Positions 1-6,959 of a DNA stretch of 27,580 nt are shown here, piece by piece. Below the pieces are notes generated by a model, which did not search any database, was not told the origin of the DNA, and worked only from the letters and a program-made list of their open reading frames with translations. A program made the position numbers and the translations under genes. The stretch is from an uncultured Bacteriovoracaceae bacterium. Its GTDB lineage: Bacteria > Bdellovibrionota > Bacteriovoracia > Bacteriovoracales > Bacteriovoracaceae. Position 1 is the stretch's first letter; each line of letters begins with the position of its first letter. The DNA is taken from the NCBI GenBank assembly GCA_964012805.1, contig CAXGUD010000046.1:1-27580 (forward strand), given 5' to 3'.

Positions 1-838
1 CTTCTTTTGCTTCTTTTGCTTTCTTTAATTCAATTTTCACAGCTTCTTGTTTTTTTATTTCTTCATCTTTAGAAGGAGCAATGAGAAACCTAGTTACCTT
101 CCCATCAAAAACCTGATTTTGATATGTTGAAAAAAGAGATGCACATCTTTCAAGTCCATTATTTTTAAGCGCAGTAAGAATAATATTTTCAACCTTTCCA
201 ACTATTAAAGACTCTCCTCTTTGAACCTCAATCAATGCCTCGCGCTCACTCTTTTCATTATGATTCCGCTTCCTTTTAGAAGTAAAAAACTCAAACAAAA
301 AGAAAGTCATTGTCATTACTATAAAAGGATAAAATAAGAAATTACTCCAGAGAATTCCAAACTCTATATTCTCTTTCATTATTCTAATTTCTTCTAATAA
401 GTGGTCATTCATTCCCTCAATTTCTTGAAACCTTGAACCTATATTTCCTTTCCCCTTAACAAGTTCTCCACCTTCAATTAAATTTCGATGAAGCCAGTGG
501 ATATTAGACGATAAATTATGAATTTTTTTGACAGAGTTTTTACCAAGAATTTTAAAGTTATCTTCCAAAACATAGGTTACATCGGCATAACACTCTTCAG
601 TCGCTTTCATAAATGAATTTGTTAGGTAGGGAGATCCCAAAGACCCCAGAAACCTCGCCGTAAAACTTTGGTTGACCCTTGAAAAACATGTGTGTAGTCC
701 CTCATTTATAACACTAGTTTTTACAACTTCCTTGGAGGAAAACTGTGAATAAATACTAAGAGCTACAAAGGATAAAAACACAAAAAAGAATGTGTGAAAC
801 CTAAACTTATGGATTAGATTTTTTATTTTTACCTGCAT
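1..838 (-). CDS. Partial membrane protein (runs off the left edge): TM1, ~130-aa periplasmic helical domain, TM2, cytoplasmic region; sensor/receptor-like topology
   Basis: Not in the ORF track. My translation from ATG 838 is open to base 1: MQVKIKNLIHKFRFHTFFFVFLSFVALSIYSQF...GILWSNFLFYPFIVMTMTFFLFEFFTSKRKR...KKAKEAKE. Purine-rich RBS (AGGAAAAGG) upstream. Confidence 0.85.
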   Translation of the reverse strand, partial: MQVKIKNLIHKFRFHTFFFVFLSFVALSIYSQFSSKEVVKTSVINEGLHTCFSRVNQSFTARFLGSLGSPYLTNSFMKATEECYADVTYVLEDNFKILGKNSVKKIHNLSSNIHWLHRNLIEGGELVKGKGNIGSRFQEIEGMNDHLLEEIRIMKENIEFGILWSNFLFYPFIVMTMTFFLFEFFTSKRKRNHNEKSEREALIEVQRGESLIVGKVENIILTALKNNGLERCASLFSTYQNQVFDGKVTRFLIAPSKDEEIKKQEAVKIELKKAKEAKE

Positions 839-930
839 ATTGCCTTTTCCTACAAGAGGTCCAGTCTAAATAAAATTAAAACGTTCCTACTATCTTTACA
901 TAACGCAACATAAACAAAAAGATAGGAAAA

Positions 931-1227
931 TTAATCAAAAGAAAAAATGCTCTTTTTCCGCCTAAATTGGTTCCAAATCTTCAAAATATTTATTTCCTCT
1001 TCAATTATGTCTTCTTTTAATACTTTAGGAATAAGAGATTCTAGCCTCTCTAACTCATTTCCATACTTAATAAAATAAGGCCTACACTTTTCACAGTTTT
1101 CATAATGCTCAGTTAAAAAATCTGGAGGATCTTTTTTCCCAACAGATTCACAATAAACTTCTATTTGCCTTGAGAATGGGCATAAATTGCTCACTTTTTC
1201 AGAATCTTCATCAAAAACTCTTTTCAA
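931..1227 (-). CDS. Zinc-binding anti-sigma (ZAS/zf-HC2-like) protein, soluble
   Basis: C16-x24-H41-x3-C45-x2-C48 (HYENCEKC); start overlaps the stop of the upstream ECF sigma by 4 nt; no TM segment. Confidence 0.7.
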   Translation of the reverse strand: MKRVFDEDSEKVSNLCPFSRQIEVYCESVGKKDPPDFLTEHYENCEKCRPYFIKYGNELERLESLIPKVLKEDIIEEEINILKIWNQFRRKKSIFSFD

Positions 1228-1679
1228 AGGGACTCCTCATTTGATTTTTCTAATTCAGAACCTGTAAGAAAATACCTTGAATTACTTAAAGCAGAGATTA
1301 CTTCATAAGAACTCATGTCAATGATGTGACTAATTTCAGCTATATCCAAACTCATTCTGTGCCTTAAAAAACAAATGGCCCTTTCAAAGTCACTTAAAAG
1401 GAAAAAACGGTCTTTCGCATCTTCTTCTTGGGATTTTTCTTCAATTGGCAAATCTTTTTTTGAAAGGTACCTTCCAAAAATTAGTTTCGAAATATCTCTT
1501 AAAAGATTTCTATTCCTTGTCTCATCGAATGTAACTTTTCCTTTGTCAAAAGAATAAGCAAGAATAGAATCAGCAACAATATCCTCACATTGCTGCATTT
1601 TTCCACTCAATGCGTATGAAAAACCTATCAGTTCATGAAGATGATTATTCAAAAATTGTTTAAGAAGTTTCGTAGACAT
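1224..1679 (-). CDS. Divergent ECF-type sigma factor (regions 2 and 4)
   Basis: Region-2-like LIGFSYALSGKMQQCEDIVADS; region-4-like LSDFERAICFLRHRMSLDIAEISHIIDMS...SALSNSR; followed by a ZAS gene. Confidence 0.7.
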   Translation of the reverse strand: MSTKLLKQFLNNHLHELIGFSYALSGKMQQCEDIVADSILAYSFDKGKVTFDETRNRNLLRDISKLIFGRYLSKKDLPIEEKSQEEDAKDRFFLLSDFERAICFLRHRMSLDIAEISHIIDMSSYEVISALSNSRYFLTGSELEKSNEESL

Positions 1680-1685
1680 ATCATA

Positions 1686-1714
1686 AAACTAGCAATCTAA
1701 TCCGGAGCATTCAA
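1686..1714 (-). promoter_or_regulatory. sigma70-like promoter for the ECF sigma gene, probably leaderless
   Basis: TTGAAT-N17-TAGTTT with extended -10 TG; ATG follows 6 nt after the -10; no SD. Confidence 0.5.
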
Positions 1715-1733
1715 TCTGTGGAAAAATAGACCA

Positions 1734-2690
1734 TCAGTCATAGTTAAGTACTATTTTTTGGGCAAGATTTTCCCCACAAGCTTCCGAAACTTCAACCATA
1801 AGTCCTGGACATGTTATATTAACTTCAGAAATGCAATCACCAATAATATCAAAGGCCACAAAGTAAACCCCTTCTTTCTTGAGGGTCGAAGTTATGTCCT
1901 TACAAATAGTTTTCAGAGAAGAGTTTAGTTCAAATTTTTCATAGCTTGCTCCTTGAGCAATATTTGCTAAAAACTCTCCCTTTGGTGGAACCTTTAAAAT
2001 AGTTCCCATCTCCAAACCATTAAAAAATAAAGACCGGATTTCTCCAGATTCGACCTTTTCATCGAAAGGTTGAACCACTATAGGACCTTTACACTCTTCA
2101 ACTTTTCTTTGAAATGTTTTTTCTACTTGATCAATATCGAGAAAAGGAACCTTTTCAATACCAAGGCCTTGATAGAGGTCTAATGGTTTATAAATAAAAT
2201 CCTTTCTTCCCCCCTCATGCATTTTCTTTATAAAATCTAAGAAAGCTTCTCTATCTTGCCCCACAAAACTTTGATGTGAAAATCTTCCCTCGTAAGCAGT
2301 TAGTTTTTCGTTATTATTTAAGATTCCTTTGGGAGAATTTAAAATATGTATGCCTCTTTTCTCAAATATACCTAATATCCATAAATACCTCAGGTAACGG
2401 GTATCGAAAGGTGGGTCAATTCTCATGTGAAGAAAATCCCCTTTTTCCAAAGTTGTATAAATAGGTTCCCTCAATTCAAATGAGTCAATATAAAAACTAT
2501 TTTTCTTAAAACTTCCTTCAAATGAGAATAGCTTTAGGTTTTCGGGTGTTTTATTTGTGAAAAACAAGTTTGGCTCAAAAAGTAAATAAGTTTCAATCCC
2601 CATCATTTTTAAAGTTAGGGCCAACATCAAACTAGAGTCTTTTTTAGGAAATAGCTTATCAAGTGGATCAATAAATAAAATATGTTTCAT
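1734..2690 (-). CDS. gshB: Glutathione synthetase (ATP-grasp)
   Basis: FIDPLD..KKDSSL, MRIDPPFD..Y, NSPKGI..NEKL, KPLD, EIR, ANIAQGA, SEVNITCPG motifs; 318 aa. Confidence 0.9.
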   Translation of the reverse strand: MKHILFIDPLDKLFPKKDSSLMLALTLKMMGIETYLLFEPNLFFTNKTPENLKLFSFEGSFKKNSFYIDSFELREPIYTTLEKGDFLHMRIDPPFDTRYLRYLWILGIFEKRGIHILNSPKGILNNNEKLTAYEGRFSHQSFVGQDREAFLDFIKKMHEGGRKDFIYKPLDLYQGLGIEKVPFLDIDQVEKTFQRKVEECKGPIVVQPFDEKVESGEIRSLFFNGLEMGTILKVPPKGEFLANIAQGASYEKFELNSSLKTICKDITSTLKKEGVYFVAFDIIGDCISEVNITCPGLMVEVSEACGENLAQKIVLNYD

Positions 2691-2727
2691 ATAATTTCCT
2701 TTAATCTTTTTTTAAAATGGAGGTTTA

Positions 2728-3807
2728 TTAGTCAAGAGAAGAAAACAAGTAAGTTGAAAAAGGAGTTTCAAGTTTATTTTCTAAATATTCTTTATGCTTA
2801 TTTTCAATATAGATATAAAAGTTTAAAAGGTTGAGGCCCAGTTTTCTCTCAAGATTTTCTATTTTTTGTGACTCTTCCTCATAGGTTAAAAATCCTGCAA
2901 ATGAAGCGTTATTCCATTTTCTTTGTAATGGATAACATCTATTTGGAAGTAGATCATTTGAGCTACAATAAGACCTAATTTTAGGTTCAAAATGATGCTC
3001 TAAAAAGCTCTTTAAGACCTCCTCAAACTTGGTCTTGTCTTTTTCTTGAACTCGACTATATTTATTTTCTAGTTTTTTTACCAAATGGACAATTAATTTA
3101 TCAAGTCCTTTGTACCTAGAACGTTCCCGAACTTTTTGATCTTTTCTAGCTTCTGACCAATTAAAATAAATAGCAACCAGTTTTTTTGAAAAAAAGTTTG
3201 CCAAATTTTCATTGAGCTGAACTTCATTCTCAATAAAAAAAAGTGAATGAAAGAGTTCGTGAAAAATTAATTCAGCTAAAACCTCATCATTATATCTAAA
3301 AAAACTCGAAAGTATGGGGTCGTTGAAATTGCCGAGAGTGGAATAAGCATAAACAGGTCTCACCCAGGTAACCCAATGATCCTTCTCTAATACATTTTTA
3401 TATTTGATGGCAGACTTTTTATCAAAAAAACCTAAATATGGAAAACAGCCAACAAAAGGAAAACACTCTTCCTTGGGTTCTATTTTATTAAATGGAGAAG
3501 CTGTCACCAAGTAGGTAACTGCCTCTCTATCTAAAATTGTGGTCTTTTCATAATGCCCCTTAGGAATTCTCTGAAAAAACTTATAAAAATAACTCTTATA
3601 CGCTTGAATTTGCTTTATCTTTTTCTTTACCTCTTCAGACGTTAGAGGATCTTCTAGTACGTCTTTATTCTTTTTTGCTTTTAAGAAAAGAGATGCTTGT
3701 CCCATCCCCTGCTCAACGAGGTATTGAAACTTGGAGCAACCACTAATAAGTAGAAAAATAAAGAAGATATTTAATAGCTTTAGAGTATTTTTTTTCAAAT
3801 AATCCAT
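2728..3807 (-). CDS. Putative zinc aminopeptidase lipoprotein (DUF2265/Aminopep family)
   Basis: Lipobox FLLISGC; CFPFVGCFPYLGFF, AYSTLG.FNDP, HELFH (HEXXH) and downstream NENLA. Confidence 0.85.
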   Translation of the reverse strand: MDYLKKNTLKLLNIFFIFLLISGCSKFQYLVEQGMGQASLFLKAKKNKDVLEDPLTSEEVKKKIKQIQAYKSYFYKFFQRIPKGHYEKTTILDREAVTYLVTASPFNKIEPKEECFPFVGCFPYLGFFDKKSAIKYKNVLEKDHWVTWVRPVYAYSTLGNFNDPILSSFFRYNDEVLAELIFHELFHSLFFIENEVQLNENLANFFSKKLVAIYFNWSEARKDQKVRERSRYKGLDKLIVHLVKKLENKYSRVQEKDKTKFEEVLKSFLEHHFEPKIRSYCSSNDLLPNRCYPLQRKWNNASFAGFLTYEEESQKIENLERKLGLNLLNFYIYIENKHKEYLENKLETPFSTYLFSSLD

Positions 3808-4430
3808 GAAAACCCGGCAAGATACTTAAGACTATTTTTAGCTTCATCCCATTCGAAAGCTTTAAAAACAGTATTAACCGATCCTGTAAGGGAAAGTCTA
3901 TTTGTGATGCGTAGTTGTAGCTGGATTGTCCCAAAAACCGAATCCTCTCTAGACTTTTGACTATTATGGGCAACATTTATCTGACTTCCATTATTATCAT
4001 GCTCAAAAATAGTGTTTCCAGAACTCTCTGTGAACTTTTTTGCGTAACCTAAGGATATTAGAGGTCTAACAGGGTAGCCTCTAGGAGCAAAAGCATGCTT
4101 CAGGCCTATTCCATAGGATTCATATTGAACTTCGCTATAAGACTGAATAACAGAGTAATCAGCAACACCTGTTATTTGATACTTTTCATTGGCCAATCTC
4201 ATATTAGTGGAATTGTAATAATTTAATTCAAAAGCCGTATTGCTAAAAAAATAAAATGCCATAGAAGAAGTATAACTTCTCGTCGTTAATGAGTTTTGTT
4301 TAGAACTTCCATATAACATTTTGTTGTAGCCAAAGTTACCACTAAGCTCAACGGCCCCAAACAAACTTGAAGTTGAAAATACCAAGAAGATAAAGACCGA
4401 GAAAAGATAAAGTTTAAAGGGTCTTTCCAA
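3795..4430 (-). CDS. Small outer-membrane beta-barrel protein
   Basis: Signal peptide, alternating amphipathic strands, C-terminal YLAGFSWII; TTG start; overlaps the aminopeptidase start by 13 nt. Confidence 0.65.
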   Translation of the reverse strand: MERPFKLYLFSVFIFLVFSTSSLFGAVELSGNFGYNKMLYGSSKQNSLTTRSYTSSMAFYFFSNTAFELNYYNSTNMRLANEKYQITGVADYSVIQSYSEVQYESYGIGLKHAFAPRGYPVRPLISLGYAKKFTESSGNTIFEHDNNGSQINVAHNSQKSREDSVFGTIQLQLRITNRLSLTGSVNTVFKAFEWDEAKNSLKYLAGFSWII

Positions 4431-4537
4431 GAATAAATGCCCCGGTAAAAGATAGTCTTACGTAAGGCTGAAGATCTTCCAACCTTAAGACTATACTAAG
4501 GGCTTTTTCTTATTTTTTAATGCCTTGCAAAATTTAC

Positions 4538-6007
4538 CTATCCTAAGGAGCATTGGAAGTCATGACTCTCTATTTTCTTTCCATGATCTTTTAATAATTT
4601 TCCCTGGCAACTTAACGCTGTTGCTGAAGTGATCTCAAGGTCAACCCAATGCCAAAGGTAGTTTTTATCGGCATCGACAGGTTCAAAGTGAACAATCCTG
4701 TTCCCATTGGTTCGACCCTTCCACTTTTTTATGCCTTTTTGATTACTTTGGCCGTCAACTAAGACTCTTAGAGTTTTACCCTTCAGTGGTGCCCTCAGTT
4801 TTTCTTGTATCTTTAATTGATAACTTTGAAGATACCTCAAACGCTCTCCCCTTATATCATCAGTAAGAGAATCAGGCATTTTAGCAGCTTTAGTGCCTTT
4901 TCTAGCAGAGTAAACATAGGAATAAATAAAATCAAACTGAGCTTCATCTAAAAGTTTCAATGTTGCTTCAAACTCTTCTTGTGTTTCATTTGGAAAACCA
5001 ACAATAATATCCGTCGATAAAATTATATTTGGATTTGCTTTTCTAAGTTTATTACACAAATTAAGAAAGTGCTCTGGAGTATATTCCCTTAACATTCTTT
5101 CTAAAACAGCTTTCGATCCCGACTGAACGGGTAAATGAAGATGATTCGATAGCTTTTTTGCTGTCCCATGCACTGCGATCAACTCGTCTGAGACATCATA
5201 GGGATGACTTGTCGTATATCTTATAAGTTCTAAACCTTCTATCTTATCAAGTTCAGTTATAAGCATGGCCAAAGATTCGTTATTCTCTTTCCCATAAGAA
5301 TTAACATTCTGACCAAGTAAAGTAATTTCCTGGATGCCTTGATACTTTACTAGTTTTCTTACATCCTCAACAACTTCCTTACACTTTCTCGAACGCTCTT
5401 TACCTCTTGTGTAGGGAACAATACAGTACGAGCAATATTTGTTGCAACCTTTAATAATATTAACAAAGGCCTGTGGAGAACCATGAGTAATCTTGGTTTC
5501 AATTGAAAAGTCCGTACTTCTATCCCAAGCATTCACTGAAAACTTTCCGTCTCCAGCATAAGATCTAAACACAAGGTCATTTATGGAATCAATCACATCT
5601 GTTCCAAAAGCAAAATCAAGATGCTTGTATTTCTTAACTAAAGCTTTTCCTTCAGTTTGAGCGACACATCCACCAACACCCACAACAAGCTTTTCATTTT
5701 TCTTTTTGTTATGCTTTATCTCACCTAGTTGTGAATAAAACTTTGTGTTTGCAAGGTCTCTAATTGCACACGTATTAAACAATATTAGATCAGCACTCTC
5801 TTTTTCTTCGGTATGACTAAAATTTAGATCTTTCAAATGAGACAAGATTCTTTCAGAGTCATGATAATTCATCTGACACCCAAAAGTTTTCATCCAAACT
5901 TTTCTTGGCGGAAACTCTAATCCACCCAGCTTTACAATTTTTTGACCTGTGACATTATCTATAAAAGAAGTTTCACCTGTATTTTGTCTCTTGCCTAAAC
6001 CAGCCAT
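4538..6007 (-). CDS. miaB: tRNA-2-methylthio-N6-dimethylallyladenosine synthase
   Basis: TFGCQMN..DSE, NTCAIR, GCVAQ, radical-SAM CNKYCSYC, LLGQNVNSYG, HLPVQSGS, C-terminal TRAM region. Confidence 0.97.
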   Translation of the reverse strand: MAGLGKRQNTGETSFIDNVTGQKIVKLGGLEFPPRKVWMKTFGCQMNYHDSERILSHLKDLNFSHTEEKESADLILFNTCAIRDLANTKFYSQLGEIKHNKKKNEKLVVGVGGCVAQTEGKALVKKYKHLDFAFGTDVIDSINDLVFRSYAGDGKFSVNAWDRSTDFSIETKITHGSPQAFVNIIKGCNKYCSYCIVPYTRGKERSRKCKEVVEDVRKLVKYQGIQEITLLGQNVNSYGKENNESLAMLITELDKIEGLELIRYTTSHPYDVSDELIAVHGTAKKLSNHLHLPVQSGSKAVLERMLREYTPEHFLNLCNKLRKANPNIILSTDIIVGFPNETQEEFEATLKLLDEAQFDFIYSYVYSARKGTKAAKMPDSLTDDIRGERLRYLQSYQLKIQEKLRAPLKGKTLRVLVDGQSNQKGIKKWKGRTNGNRIVHFEPVDADKNYLWHWVDLEITSATALSCQGKLLKDHGKKIESHDFQCSLG

Positions 6008-6264
6008 AGCCTATATCCCTAATTTACTAACCAAAAATTTAACCGAGTATTCAAATTTGACGCGTAAACTATCAATATAATAAATTTTTGTAAATAGAGT
6101 TTAGAATAAGAAATCCAAGAGAAAGACTCATAACTTACTGAAATCTCATTATTCTTGGGTCTATATCATTATTTTAAGTTAGAATTTAATAGTTCTTTAA
6201 GGAAATAACTCTTTTTAGCAATCCGTTTTTGACTTGAAAAAGGTCCTTAATCTCGGTTTTCTCC

Positions 6265-6292
6265 AAAAAAAAACCCTCCTTTTCAGGAGGGT
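6265..6292 (-). terminator. Intrinsic terminator of the histone-like gene
   Basis: Minus strand ACCCTCCT-GAAA-AGGAGGGT followed by a U run, about 30 nt after the stop codon. Confidence 0.9.
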
Positions 6293-6321
6293 CTTTAAAA
6301 AAATAAAATAAGTTTTGTTTC

Positions 6322-6612
6322 TTACTTTTTCTTTGCAGCTTTCTTAGCAGTTTTCTTCTTAGCTGTCTTTTTCTTAGCTACTTTCTTCTTTGTAGCTTTC
6401 TTAGCTGTCTTTTTCTTAGCTACTTTCTTTTTTGTAGCTTTCTTAGCTGTCTTTTTCTTAGCTACTTTCTTTTTTGTAGCTTTCTTAGCTGTTTTTTTCT
6501 TTGCTGTCTTTTTCTTTGCTGTTTTCTTCTTAGCTACTTTCTTTTTTGTAGCTTTCTTTGCTGTTTTTTTCTTTGCCGTCTTCTTCTTAGCAGCTTTCTT
6601 TTTTGTTGCCAT
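6322..6612 (-). CDS. Histone H1/Hc2-like basic nucleoid protein
   Basis: 96 aa, 55 Lys, no acidic residues; only K/A/T/V after Met; strong SD AGGAGG; own terminator. Confidence 0.9.
   Translation of the reverse strand: MATKKKAAKKKTAKKKTAKKATKKKVAKKKTAKKKTAKKKTAKKATKKKVAKKKTAKKATKKKVAKKKTAKKATKKKVAKKKTAKKKTAKKAAKKK
6346..6576 (-). repeat. Coding tandem repeat: 42-bp unit (AKKKTAKKATKKKV) x4 interspersed with 15-bp AKKKT units x4
   Basis: Read directly from the DNA and protein. Confidence 0.9.
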
Positions 6613-6821
6613 TCTAAATTCCTCCTGGTGTTCAGTAATTAATTTTTTTTAGAATAAACATAAAATTGTTTTAACGCAATTAAAAATCCACCTTTTCTCT
6701 CATTTCGAATATATTTTTTTTTTAGTTTCCTCTTTATATTTTTTTTTTATTTAAGTTTTTTTTACCAAAATTTTCGTTAAAGCCTTCTAGTAAAGGCTTC
6801 TTACTTCTAGTTCATCACTTG

Positions 6822-6849
6822 TTATCGAATAAAAATTAAAAAACATTAA
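6822..6849 (-). promoter_or_regulatory. sigma28 (FliA)-like promoter for the histone-like gene
   Basis: Minus strand TAATGTTT-N11-TTCGATAA versus consensus TAAAGTTT-N11-GCCGATAA; A15 and A8 tracts lie just upstream. Confidence 0.6.
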
Positions 6850-6959
6850 GAAGTTTTTTTTTTTTTTTGTTTTTTTTAAGGAGCGGAGTTGAAAAAAATG
6901 CCTAGATATTTCAGCAAAACTACAACAATTTTTGGCAGCAAAGGCTAATAAAGACCCTT

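Noticed and set aside
6057..6300. Plus-strand sRNA, or IHF-like site (6131-6143), between miaB and the terminator
   Set aside because: Only a weak TTGACG with non-optimal spacing and a one-mismatch IHF match in AT-rich DNA; no structural support.
6322..6612. Repeats as a CRISPR array or non-coding satellite
   Set aside because: Units are multiples of 3 with synonymous variation and no spacers; the ORF has an SD and terminator.
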